Origin: Eubacteriales bacterium
GTDB lineage: Bacteria > Bacillota > Clostridia > Oscillospirales > CAG-272
DNA length: 64,000 nucleotides
NCBI GenBank assembly: GCA_045543615.1
Contig: JAZPXL010000018.1
Location: 19,837-83,836, forward strand
Reading direction: 5' to 3'
In this document: positions 29,099-38,569 of the stretch, in pieces
Layout of the letters: each line of letters starts with the position of its first letter
How positions within the stretch are numbered: the first letter of the stretch is position 1
The notes under the pieces: model-generated
What the model saw: only the letters and a program-made list of their open reading frames with translations
What the model was told of the DNA's origin: nothing
The model's database searches: none
Position numbers and translations under genes: made by a program

Positions 29099-30466
29099 TT
29101 AGTCCTCATCTTTTTGGAATGTAACGATAAGCCTTTCAAGCTCGGCTGTTGAAATAACCGTCTGTCTGCCCTCTGCATATTGCTCGTCTACCCAAGCTTT
29201 GATCTTTGCGACGAGAGGATCACGTTTGCTGACCATTTCGTCACCGGTCAGTCTATAATGTGAGTTAATCCAATAAGCTATACCGGCAAGACCTGATGTT
29301 GAGCTTACTGTGACGCCGGCAGGTCGATTAAGAATTGCGCCTGTATCAAATATATTATAGATTTCTTCATCCTTAAGCATACCGTCAGCGTGAATTCCTG
29401 CTCTTGTCATATTGAAATTCTCTCCAACAAATGGGGTCATCGGATGTATCTGATAGCCAATCTCATTTGTAAAGTAATCTGCAATCTCTGTAATTACGGT
29501 AGGATCCATACCATCAAGTGTGCCCCTTAAAGAAGCATATTCAAATACCATTGCTTCAAGAGGAACATTACCAGTTCTCTCACCTATGCCAAGCATAGAA
29601 CAGTTAACAGAACAAGCACCGTAGAGCCAAGCACAAGTTGCATTTGCAACACCCTTATAAAAATCATTATGTCCGTGCCATTCAAGCATTTCACTCGGAA
29701 CATCCGAATAATGCTGAAGTCCGTACACGATTCCCGGAACACTTCGAGGAAGCGCAACCTCGCTATAAGGCACGCCATAACCCATAGTATCGCAAGCACG
29801 AATCTTTACGGGAATGTCCGCCTGTCTTGCAAGCTCTTGGATAGCATTGACGAAAGGAACGACAAAGCCGTAGAAATCAGCTCTTGTGATGTCTTCAAAA
29901 TGACATCTTGGACGTATGCCCATTTCAAGCGCAGCAGATATCGTACGCAGATAATGGTCCATCGCCTGACCTCTTGACATACCAAGCTTTTTGAAAATAT
30001 GGTAGTCAGAACAGGAAACAAGTATGCCGGTCTCCTTAATTCCAAGATCCTTAACAAGCTTAAAATCTTCAAGGCTTGCACGAATCCAGGTTGTTATTTC
30101 AGGAAATTCAAGTCCAAGCTCCTGACATTCGTGCAGAGTTCTTCTGTCATTTTCGCTGTAAACAAAAAATTCAGTCGCTCTGATTATTCCCTTAGGACCA
30201 CCAAGTCTGTTCAGCATTTTATAGAGATCTACAATCTGCTTTGTGGTATATGGTGCTTGTGACTGCATTCCGTCTCTAAAAGAAGTATCGGTAATCCATA
30301 TTTCAGGTGGCATTCCAAGAGGCACTCTTCTATGGTTAAATGGCACCTTAGGAATTTCTGTATATGTATATATCTCACGGTAAAGATTAGGCTCTTCAAT
30401 ATCCTGAAGTTGATAGCGATACGATTTTTGTTCAAGTAGGTTGGATTTCTTTGATATTTCGACCAT
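29099..30466 (-). CDS. Re-citrate synthase-like DRE-TIM enzyme (isopropylmalate synthase family)
   Basis: ITDTSFRDG, EWHGHNDF, GERTGN and AGIHADG; N-terminal LQD.EEPNLYRE; no LeuA regulatory domain; upstream of aconitase and IDH. Confidence 0.8.
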   Translation of the reverse strand: MVEISKKSNLLEQKSYRYQLQDIEEPNLYREIYTYTEIPKVPFNHRRVPLGMPPEIWITDTSFRDGMQSQAPYTTKQIVDLYKMLNRLGGPKGIIRATEFFVYSENDRRTLHECQELGLEFPEITTWIRASLEDFKLVKDLGIKETGILVSCSDYHIFKKLGMSRGQAMDHYLRTISAALEMGIRPRCHFEDITRADFYGFVVPFVNAIQELARQADIPVKIRACDTMGYGVPYSEVALPRSVPGIVYGLQHYSDVPSEMLEWHGHNDFYKGVANATCAWLYGACSVNCSMLGIGERTGNVPLEAMVFEYASLRGTLDGMDPTVITEIADYFTNEIGYQIHPMTPFVGENFNMTRAGIHADGMLKDEEIYNIFDTGAILNRPAGVTVSSTSGLAGIAYWINSHYRLTGDEMVSKRDPLVAKIKAWVDEQYAEGRQTVISTAELERLIVTFQKDED

Positions 30467-30681
30467 ATTAATTCCTCCGTTCGATGTGTCGTGTGTGAAT
30501 AAATATTAATTATTATATAACATTAGAGTCGAAAAATCAATAAGATAATTGCAATTGATGCAAAAAAATAATAAAAATCGTCTTGATTTACAACTTTTTG
30601 TGATTTTTTTCGCATTTGGCTATTGATTTTTTCTCAAAAATCTGTGATAATATAAACAGTATTTATTTTGGAGGTATATCT

Positions 30682-31452
30682 ATGCTTAAAACTGATGCTC
30701 TGCAGTATCATATCAATTGCTGTCCCGGTGACGTAGGAGGCTATTGCATACTCCCCGGAGACCCCGGACGAGTTGAAAAAATTGCAGCTTATCTTACAAA
30801 CGCTACAAAAACCTCACAGAATCGTGAGTACACCATATATACAGGCACTCTGCACGGTGAAAGAGTCAGCGTTTGCTCGACAGGTATCGGTGGCCCTTCC
30901 ACAGCAATTGCCGTTGAAGAGCTTGCTGCTTGTGGCGCACATACATTTATTCGAATCGGCACTTGTGGAGGAATATCCACCCTTGTCAGAGCCGGTGATG
31001 TTGTCGTAGCTACGGGTGCTGTTCGTCAGGACGGCACGAGTGGTGAATATGCACCCTATGAATTCCCTGCAGTTTCTGACCCTGATGTTCTCTTTTCACT
31101 CGTTCAGAGTGCAAAAGAGCTGCAGTTCTCTTATCACGCAGGCGTTGTGCAGAGCAAGGATTCATTCTATGGTCAGCACAGCCCTCATCGTATGCCCACT
31201 TACAGTGCTCTTTCAGAAAAATGGGAAGCCTGGAAGAGACTTGGCGTTCTTGCCAGCGAAATGGAAGCATCAACTCTCTTTGTTGTAGGAGCAGCTCTTG
31301 GCCTTCGTACAGGTGCTGTGTTCCACGTTGTATGGAATCAGGAAAGAGCCGCACTCGGACTTGATACTGATGCTACTGAAGATCATGACACGGACAAGGC
31401 TATCAGAGTTGCAGTTCGTGCTATTGAAAATATGATAGCTGAAAATGGCTAA
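30682..31452 (+). CDS. udp: Uridine phosphorylase
   Basis: [32 protein letters not shown] and SEME. Confidence 0.92.
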   Translation: MLKTDALQYHINCCPGDVGGYCILPGDPGRVEKIAAYLTNATKTSQNREYTIYTGTLHGERVSVCSTGIGGPSTAIAVEELAACGAHTFIRIGTCGGISTLVRAGDVVVATGAVRQDGTSGEYAPYEFPAVSDPDVLFSLVQSAKELQFSYHAGVVQSKDSFYGQHSPHRMPTYSALSEKWEAWKRLGVLASEMEASTLFVVGAALGLRTGAVFHVVWNQERAALGLDTDATEDHDTDKAIRVAVRAIENMIAENG

Positions 31453-31948
31453 TAAAGCAAAATCCACCATCGACAAGCCCAAAGGCAACGCAAACTCTAA
31501 TAAGGTTACGCTTATCATCTGTGCTTCTGTAATTCTGTTTGCGCTCGTTGTTGCAGCTTTAGTTCTTTTTTATCACACACTACAAGCTAAGAACGAATTT
31601 GCGACATTTGGAAATTCACTAAGCCAAGGTGCAAGCGAAATCCTCGTTTCTTTCCCTTCTCAATCGAATTATGTTACAGATATAAATGACGAGAAACTCT
31701 ACACAGATAATGAGGCTGTCGCGCTTGGCGAAATTCTCAAAGATTGCGTCTCGTCCGCTCAGTACTCCCATAAAAATAATTCTGAGAGTGGAAATTGGGA
31801 CACACGCATTCGCATAAAAACCCGGGATGGAAATAGCTTTACGCTCTATTTGACAAAAGAAGGAGAACTCTATTTCAGCAAAGGGAAGACAAGATTTTTC
31901 TTCACTCCCAAAGACACCTCTCTCTTAACGTCTTATCTTGGTTTATAA
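31445..31948 (+). CDS. Hypothetical membrane-anchored protein
   Basis: 167 aa, single N-terminal TM helix, overlaps the udp stop. Confidence 0.7.
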   Translation: MANKAKSTIDKPKGNANSNKVTLIICASVILFALVVAALVLFYHTLQAKNEFATFGNSLSQGASEILVSFPSQSNYVTDINDEKLYTDNEAVALGEILKDCVSSAQYSHKNNSESGNWDTRIRIKTRDGNSFTLYLTKEGELYFSKGKTRFFFTPKDTSLLTSYLGL

Positions 31949-31954
31949 AAACAG

Positions 31955-31984
31955 AAAAACAGCGACAATTTGTCGCTGTTTTTT
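31955..31984. terminator. Bidirectional terminator
   Basis: AAAAACAGCGACA-ATT-TGTCGCTGTTTTTT. Confidence 0.8.
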
Positions 31985-31985
31985 A

Positions 31986-32939
31986 TCAGTCAATATCTTC
32001 AACGATAGACTCAGGACGCTCCTCGAGAACCTCTGGGTGCTCAACAAGTCTCCTAAAATACTTGAACGCCGATGCAAAGTAATGACCGTCGCATATTCTC
32101 TCGTCAGTAACGGCCTTAAGATCAATATATCTATGTCTTACAAGATTGCCCTTTTTGTCATATTCGTGAACGGTGCGCTTTGTTCCATATGAAATAAACA
32201 CAGGAAGATTGCCAAAGTCATAAATATGGTGATAAATCGGCTTGATACCGAGCGAGCCCATACTTGTGACGATCATTGAGCCGAAGAATGGCATAACCTC
32301 TGTAAATGCTCTTGGAAGCCAACCGACATAATCAAGGCCATAGAGAATCTTGACAATAAGTCTTAAAACAAATCCGGGAATATAATTGAAAGCACCTGTG
32401 AATTTATCAAACGAAGTAGGGTTATCCATAGATGCTATCGCCTCCGTGGCAACCACATTGAACTTCTCATAGACCTCGTCAAGAGTATCATCCGGGGCGA
32501 ATTTTACCTTTATCAGAGTTTCGGGAGCGTTCAATGACATTTCCTTTTTTACTGTCATAACAACGCTGATTTCATTTCTCGCATAAATCTTCTGACCACT
32601 GATAAATCTGTTTACCCCGGGACGCTGTGATATGGTGCGAACATAAGCAGCTATAAGAATGTGTAAAAACGAGAAATTCGTTTTTCCTTCTCTGACCTTC
32701 TGTCTGCATATCTCATCGGCTCTCGAAACCTCAATTTTGTCAGAAAAAGTGTTCTGCGCATCGCTTCTTTTGCTCATAATATAGGGCATCAAGCGATGCA
32801 TAGGCTCAAGCTTACGAAGCTTTCTGCCGTCTTTTCTATCGCCAAGTCGCCATCTTCTCTTCTTGTATGTAAGTCTTGTCTGCGTTGCAGGTGTTTCTGT
32901 TGCAGGACTTTCTACAACTTCGGTTTTCTTCTTTTTCAT
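31986..32939 (-). CDS. Stand-alone 2-oxoacid dehydrogenase E2/CAT-like acyltransferase domain protein
   Basis: P..NRF, TSMGSLG and C-terminal DERICDG..FA (compare DHRxxDG). Confidence 0.75.
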   Translation of the reverse strand: MKKKKTEVVESPATETPATQTRLTYKKRRWRLGDRKDGRKLRKLEPMHRLMPYIMSKRSDAQNTFSDKIEVSRADEICRQKVREGKTNFSFLHILIAAYVRTISQRPGVNRFISGQKIYARNEISVVMTVKKEMSLNAPETLIKVKFAPDDTLDEVYEKFNVVATEAIASMDNPTSFDKFTGAFNYIPGFVLRLIVKILYGLDYVGWLPRAFTEVMPFFGSMIVTSMGSLGIKPIYHHIYDFGNLPVFISYGTKRTVHEYDKKGNLVRHRYIDLKAVTDERICDGHYFASAFKYFRRLVEHPEVLEERPESIVEDID

Positions 32940-33210
32940 AAGATCCTCTCGGTTTTAGCATTGAATAATTAAGATAGTGCTTTTTTTAATTATACAATAT
33001 TTCGCAAGCAATTGCAAGAGAAAAATCAATAAAATATAAAAAATAGGTTATTTATGGTCGATTATCAACTTTTATTGAATAATCAAACTTTTTTACAGCT
33101 GCAGATTTTCAAATTCTTACATAATTTTATGTCCCGTATTCAATAAAACTTAAGACAGATTTCTTGTTTTATTAATTATTTTATGTTATACTTAAAATGG
33201 AGGTGGTAGA

Positions 33211-33648
33211 ATGAAGGAAGTGCTTATTTATACGGATGGGGCTTGCAGAGGCAATCCCGGCCCGGGTGGTTGGGGTGCTATCATTGTTTACGGCGAGCGA
33301 GAGCTTGAGCTTTCTGACGGTGAGAGCAACACCACCAACAACAGAATGGAGCTTCTTGGAGCTATTTGTGCTCTCGAAAGACTCAAATATCCGTGCAAGG
33401 TTATCTTGACAACGGATTCCAAATATCTGTGCGACTCCGTCAATTTGCGTTGGGTTTACAGATGGCAACAAAACGGATGGATGAGGACAAAGAAAGAGCC
33501 TGCTGCGAATGTTGAGCTATGGCAACGGCTTCTCGTTCAGCTTGAAAGACACAGCGTAACATTCGTATGGGTAAAAGGACATAACGGTCATCCATATAAT
33601 GAACGATGCGACAAGCTTGCAACAACGCAAGCAGACAAATATAAATAA
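33211..33648 (+). CDS. rnhA: Ribonuclease HI
   Basis: YTDGACRGNPGPGGWG, TTNNRMEL, TDSKY and WVKGHNGHPYNERCD. Confidence 0.97.
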   Translation: MKEVLIYTDGACRGNPGPGGWGAIIVYGERELELSDGESNTTNNRMELLGAICALERLKYPCKVILTTDSKYLCDSVNLRWVYRWQQNGWMRTKKEPAANVELWQRLLVQLERHSVTFVWVKGHNGHPYNERCDKLATTQADKYK

Positions 33649-33665
33649 TTATAGGAAGGTTACGG

Positions 33666-34370
33666 ATGATTAACAAGAAAACAATACAGATTATTATTGT
33701 CGGCCTTATTGCAGTTTTAGTTTTAGGACTCGTTGTTACTATTGGATTTGTTATGAGCGACGGCTCTTCTTCCGATTCATCTGCTGACGATTCCACCACC
33801 CAGCCGACACCTGACAATACAACCGGCGGTAATGTCCCGGATTCAACAACTTCTGCCACAGATGTCACAACAACCTCTCCCGATAACGATACAACTACCT
33901 CTCTCGATTCTTCTACAACAGATGCCCCTGAGTCAACAACTACACCCGACAACACAGAAGCTCCAACAACCACTATACCTGATACAGAGCTCCCCCAGCT
34001 TTCCGGACGCTTCATATCAGAAAACGAAAGCCATCTGAAGCTTGTTGTTGACTGGAAGACGCTAAAGCGCAGCGAAACGAGCACAGAAGTTGAATTTAAG
34101 GTTATTCTCTCTCATTACAGCTTGTTTGTTGGCCCGAGAACAGCTTCAACTTTTGAGGTTGCCGGTAAGGAATTCAAGTTCAATACGGCTAATATAGATC
34201 AAGCAGAGGTCAAAAAAACAGAAACTCTGTTTGCGATTTACAAGGTCACGCTTCCTCTGGACAACGGAAACGGTGAGTTTGATCTCTCGGCTTCCTGGGT
34301 GTTCAACGGAACATACGGTGGCATAGAGCTTGGAACTCTTACGATTGACGAAAAGTTAATTATTAAATAA
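33666..34370 (+). CDS. Hypothetical membrane-anchored protein with Thr/Asp/Pro-rich linker and beta-rich C-terminal domain
   Basis: TM helix followed by a low-complexity TT.PD.T linker. Confidence 0.75.
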   Translation: MINKKTIQIIIVGLIAVLVLGLVVTIGFVMSDGSSSDSSADDSTTQPTPDNTTGGNVPDSTTSATDVTTTSPDNDTTTSLDSSTTDAPESTTTPDNTEAPTTTIPDTELPQLSGRFISENESHLKLVVDWKTLKRSETSTEVEFKVILSHYSLFVGPRTASTFEVAGKEFKFNTANIDQAEVKKTETLFAIYKVTLPLDNGNGEFDLSASWVFNGTYGGIELGTLTIDEKLIIK

Positions 34371-34380
34371 CTGTTATGCA

Positions 34381-34410
34381 AAAAGCTGTGGAGATCGCTC
34401 CACAGCTTTT
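34381..34410. terminator. Bidirectional terminator
   Basis: AAAAGCTGTGGAG-ATCG-CTCCACAGCTTTT. Confidence 0.8.
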
Positions 34411-34416
34411 ATATTT

Positions 34417-35196
34417 TCAATCGTTTTTGGAGCTCTCGAAAACAACATCGAGATCCGAGGGTTTGATCTTTGCAAGCCAAAGAAGCATAAACACAAGAGC
34501 ACATACTCCTAACACGGTGGTAACAGCAACAGTTAAAGGATCCCATATACGCCCCTGACCCAAAGTCGAGATAAAAAGTCCACCAAAATCAAATATTGCG
34601 TGGAGTGCAACGCAAATCCATATACAATGTGTATGCAAAAGCACGATAGAACACATTCCACCAATCAAAAATGAATATCCGATCTGTAAAAGCACTCCAA
34701 CGGGTGAGCCGCCCGCAAAAAGGTTCAGAAGGTGTATTCCACCAAATAACGCTGAAGAAATGACAGTTGCCCAAAATATCTCTTTCGTACTTCCTCTACG
34801 TTTTTCAAGGATAACAGGGAATATTGCCCCTCTGAACGCAAACTCCTCAAAGAGCGATATCGACAAAGACTGAACTGCAAAAATCGCAACGAAGTGTATT
34901 GGCGACGTCAAAGAAGCATTACCACTTATTAGCCCGACAAACGGAAAGTTGTTTATTACTACAGCAAACGGAACAAGACAGCAAAGCAATTTGCGCACTC
35001 TTCCCTCTTTAACAAGTCCAAACAAATGACGATTGGCAAGTGGCAGAAAAGCAAGGAATCCGATGAGGCGTGTTACAATAATATCAATCATTCCGTCAAG
35101 AACCTTGTCACTTGAGTATGTTATCGGGACAAGCTCAAGCACAATAAGTGCAACAACAAAAACTGCCGAAACTATGGCGCATTTCTTATTCTTCAT
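34417..35196 (-). CDS. CPBP (Abi/CAAX) family intramembrane metalloprotease
   Basis: EEFAFRG, FGGIH and LHAIFD motifs; multiple TM helices. Confidence 0.9.
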   Translation of the reverse strand: MKNKKCAIVSAVFVVALIVLELVPITYSSDKVLDGMIDIIVTRLIGFLAFLPLANRHLFGLVKEGRVRKLLCCLVPFAVVINNFPFVGLISGNASLTSPIHFVAIFAVQSLSISLFEEFAFRGAIFPVILEKRRGSTKEIFWATVISSALFGGIHLLNLFAGGSPVGVLLQIGYSFLIGGMCSIVLLHTHCIWICVALHAIFDFGGLFISTLGQGRIWDPLTVAVTTVLGVCALVFMLLWLAKIKPSDLDVVFESSKND

Positions 35197-35989
35197 TGTT
35201 CTCTGCTTTCTCGGTTATGTTTATCGCCTGCTCCTTTTTCTTTGAATAGAGCGAATACAAAAGAACAAAAACCGAACCTATAATCAATATAAGAGATGTA
35301 AGCTGAGATGGTGAGAGAAAATCGACAACTGTGCTTCCTCTGTCATCGGCACGAAGAAATTCAGCAAAAAATCTCCATACGCCGTAAGATGACATATAAA
35401 CAGCCATCGCACCAATCTTACCCTTACAGCACATTATCGCAAGCAGTGCACACAATGTAAACAGTACTATTGCTTCAAAGAGCTGAACCGGAACAACCTT
35501 CTGACCAATTCCGACGTGATAAATGCCATACCACGCATCAGTGATATTGCCGTGACAGCATCCGGCCATAAGACAGCCTATTCGTCCAAATCCGTGAGCA
35601 GCCGTTATTGAAACTGAAGCAATATCGAGCAATCTTGGAAAATATCTTATATTCTCTTTTTGCTTAAAGATAAAATGACCTATGCCAAAATACATAACGA
35701 TAAACACAAATGCACCACCAACAAGTCCACCGAGGAAGGTAGCACCGGTGTTTTTTGAAATCACAAAAATTCCGTTTTCTATCCAATCATATATAGCCTG
35801 AGTGAAAACTGCCGCGCAATACCCAAGTATAACAGCTGTTACTGTGGTTAAAAGAGTGAAGTTATACAGCCTTGTATCAAGATTGTCACGGTCTGACAAA
35901 AGCCTGAATGCAACAAGTGCCGCTACCACTCCTACTGCAAGCAGTATATCATAAAGGGTCATCCCAAGTATTATTTCATAAGGATACAT
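35186..35989 (-). CDS. lgt: Prolipoprotein diacylglyceryl transferase
   Basis: FLGGLVGG, GRIGC..AGCCHG, PVQLFE and YG..RF..EFLR. Confidence 0.85.
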   Translation of the reverse strand: MYPYEIILGMTLYDILLAVGVVAALVAFRLLSDRDNLDTRLYNFTLLTTVTAVILGYCAAVFTQAIYDWIENGIFVISKNTGATFLGGLVGGAFVFIVMYFGIGHFIFKQKENIRYFPRLLDIASVSITAAHGFGRIGCLMAGCCHGNITDAWYGIYHVGIGQKVVPVQLFEAIVLFTLCALLAIMCCKGKIGAMAVYMSSYGVWRFFAEFLRADDRGSTVVDFLSPSQLTSLILIIGSVFVLLYSLYSKKKEQAINITEKAENNEE

Positions 35990-36054
35990 TTCAAACTCCT
36001 TTTATACAAAACGAAAGTGTCTCTAAACACAAACGCTTATCGTACTACAAAATA

Positions 36055-36083
36055 ATTGTAGCATTGACATCAGCCTTTGTCAA
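36055..36083 (-). promoter_or_regulatory. Sigma-A promoter for lgt
   Basis: TTGACA-17bp-TACAAT, with TG preceding the -10. Confidence 0.65.
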
Positions 36084-36090
36084 TAGAAAA

Positions 36091-37143
36091 TTATTTTCTG
36101 ATGTCACCCATTACAACAGGTATATAATCTGTGGGGCTGTAATCAGTTTTGCTTGAAATAGTTCCGCCACCTGTTACATTTCCAAATATCTCGCCCCAAC
36201 CACCACTGCAATTGAGATACTCACGAAAATCGTTATAGTGATTGTTTGTATAAAACACGTACTTTTCCTGTGGTTCAACAATGTTGTTTCCATTGGCATC
36301 AAATCTCGCATAAACAATTCTTGCTGCACCACGGGTAATTCTCTGTCCATTGTTGTAAGCAACAGCGTCATATTGGGGGTCACAATCCGTACCTGTCGTT
36401 CCAATATCTATTTCATAATATTTTACTGCATTAAGGCCCTGGCTGTCGGGAAGCGCAGGCTCGTATGGATACTTTGAAATATTGCAAGTGAAATGAGAAT
36501 GATTGAGCCTCAAAAACTTGCCCCATACGCTGCTTGAGGGAGACGCACTCTTTTTTGCAAGATAATTAGGTGGTATATCTCCAAAAGCAAATACATAAGC
36601 TGCAACCTCATCAAGAGTAACATACGCTCCATCCTTGAAGATATAGTAAGCAACAGAGCCACTCGAATTGAGTACGGTATATGTGTTGCCATCCTCTGAA
36701 TAAAGCTTTGTTATGTTCTTTATGTAAGAACCGTCTTTTTTTGGCATATCGTTTGCAAAGCTTGGGTTCTGATCCTGGTCGGCAATACTACCCGACATAA
36801 ATCCGTGCTTTGTTCTGAAACCTGCGTTTATATTACAGCAGGCGGGCTTATAATCGCTGTAAAAATCATCAGCAGAAATACTTGCATATGGATCGGCCGA
36901 ACCGATGCAAGCATCGCAAGCGTTCGGAGCTATATATGCCGTGTTGTCAACAGGCTTGCCCGTTGTGCTCTCGTCATCACTTAATGAATTGCTTTCGTCT
37001 GCTCTGCTAAGCTCGCCTGATGATGTTGTGTCGTTGGAAAAAGAATAACTGTTATTGTTCCAAATCACTATACAGGCGACAACAATGATGATTACTGCTA
37101 TAAGTGCGATAATAATTAGTCTGATTAATTGTTCTTTTTTCAT
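36091..37143 (-). CDS. Membrane-anchored protein with C-terminal barnase/guanyl-specific ribonuclease-like domain
   Basis: TM helix; Y.T..EVAAY....G.IPPNY, YYEIDI, RGAARIVY and FYTNNHY..F match the barnase pattern. Confidence 0.7.
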   Translation of the reverse strand: MKKEQLIRLIIIALIAVIIIVVACIVIWNNNSYSFSNDTTSSGELSRADESNSLSDDESTTGKPVDNTAYIAPNACDACIGSADPYASISADDFYSDYKPACCNINAGFRTKHGFMSGSIADQDQNPSFANDMPKKDGSYIKNITKLYSEDGNTYTVLNSSGSVAYYIFKDGAYVTLDEVAAYVFAFGDIPPNYLAKKSASPSSSVWGKFLRLNHSHFTCNISKYPYEPALPDSQGLNAVKYYEIDIGTTGTDCDPQYDAVAYNNGQRITRGAARIVYARFDANGNNIVEPQEKYVFYTNNHYNDFREYLNCSGGWGEIFGNVTGGGTISSKTDYSPTDYIPVVMGDIRK

Positions 37144-37169
37144 AGATGAATAGTTTCCTTATGTAATAG

Positions 37170-37877
37170 TCAAAAACTTATTTCTGCAAAATGTGGTCTG
37201 TGATCCGAAACAATTATCTCGGGAATATCAGCCGTTTCTATGCGAATATCGGGCGTTACAAAAATGTAGTCAATTTTTCTGTCAGGCTTGTCCGACGGGA
37301 AACTCAGCTTCTCGCCGGCAAATACGACTGCAGTGTCACGCATAACTGCTCTAATTGGATCAAGTATGGAACTGTCAGGTGTCAGATTGAAGTCACCCAT
37401 CAATACACATTTCTCACTCTCAAGATTTGCAAGAACAGTCTTAACTGCATTTTCCTGCTCATCGGGATTGAGTCCGAAATGAATAACAAGAACAACAAGT
37501 CCACATTCAAGCCGAACCTTCAGTAAGCATCTTGTTTCATAATAGCCACTATAAGCTCTCACAATCGGATCGGGTACGGGAATGTTCTCTGCGCACACAA
37601 TCTTGCTTTTTGAAAGAATAGCATTTCCATACGGCTCAGTTCCCCGAACCTTGAACGCCTCGGCAAAATAGTAATAATCATAACCACTGAGGGTTGAGAG
37701 TATTCTTGCCTGGTCATTATAAGTATCAGAGAGTCCCTCGCCCCGTATTTCATTAAGTCCGATAAACTCAGCTCCGCTCTCTGCCATAACTTTTGCAAAG
37801 GCATCAAAATCTATTCCTCCACCTTTGCCATAGTTGTTACAATGCTGAGTGTTGTAAACCATAATTTTCATTTTCAT
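37170..37877 (-). CDS. Endonuclease/exonuclease/phosphatase (EEP) family protein
   Basis: YN, LNEI, YGNAILSK, GDFN, IDYIF and SDHRP. Confidence 0.9.
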   Translation of the reverse strand: MKMKIMVYNTQHCNNYGKGGGIDFDAFAKVMAESGAEFIGLNEIRGEGLSDTYNDQARILSTLSGYDYYYFAEAFKVRGTEPYGNAILSKSKIVCAENIPVPDPIVRAYSGYYETRCLLKVRLECGLVVLVIHFGLNPDEQENAVKTVLANLESEKCVLMGDFNLTPDSSILDPIRAVMRDTAVVFAGEKLSFPSDKPDRKIDYIFVTPDIRIETADIPEIIVSDHRPHFAEISF

Positions 37878-37885
37878 AAACCTTT

Positions 37886-38569
37886 TTACACAAAAATTTC
37901 AGTTATGTCAACCTTTTTCTTTTTGAGATATAGCTTCATCGGTAGACTCGGCCGTATTTCAAGCGCATTCTGTGGACAACTCTGCACACACCTTATGCAC
38001 CTGATGCATTTGCTGTTTGTCTTGCCGTTTACAATGCCGGAAAATCTGCAACTATTCGTGCAGGCTCCACATTCCGTACACCTTGCCGTCTTGACTATCC
38101 TGACGCCGATGCGACTTCTTATCCCAACAAAAAGACTAGCAAAAACGTTCTTGGCCGATTTGGGTATTATAACCTCTTTCGGTGCTTTAATTTTTTCTAC
38201 AAGAGCAGTCAAGGCTTCAAAATCAGCAAAAGACTTGTCGCTCTCTAAATATGAATGCTTTGTCGGCACATATGCCCCTGCAACAACAGTATGTGGATAC
38301 TTGTTTTGTATCTCATACAATACATTTCCGTGTGACATCTTTCCGTAAGTCGCAATTATGCTCAAGTTAATGACACGACATTTTGAAAGGAAATCATTAA
38401 CAACCACGGGAATATTTTGACAATGAACAGGAAAAACAAGCACGGCATCGGTATACTCGGCATTATTGGCAAAATCAATATCAAAGAGAGGAAACTGAAG
38501 TTTTTCTGCCAAAAACTCTGCTAAAGCCTTGCTCTGTCCTGTGTTGGAATAATAAATAACCGCCCTCAT
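37886..38569 (-). CDS. Flavodoxin-like plus 2x[4Fe-4S] ferredoxin fusion (EFR1-like)
   Basis: YYSNTGQS, FPVH, CTECGACTNSC and CIRCIRCVQSCP. Confidence 0.8.
   Translation of the reverse strand: MRAVIYYSNTGQSKALAEFLAEKLQFPLFDIDFANNAEYTDAVLVFPVHCQNIPVVVNDFLSKCRVINLSIIATYGKMSHGNVLYEIQNKYPHTVVAGAYVPTKHSYLESDKSFADFEALTALVEKIKAPKEVIIPKSAKNVFASLFVGIRSRIGVRIVKTARCTECGACTNSCRFSGIVNGKTNSKCIRCIRCVQSCPQNALEIRPSLPMKLYLKKKKVDITEIFV

Noticed and set aside
33760..33995. Repetitive ACAAC-rich DNA and the antisense 214-aa ORF at 33440-34084
   Set aside because: Explained by the Thr/Pro/Asp linker of the plus-strand membrane protein; the antisense ORF is a shadow.
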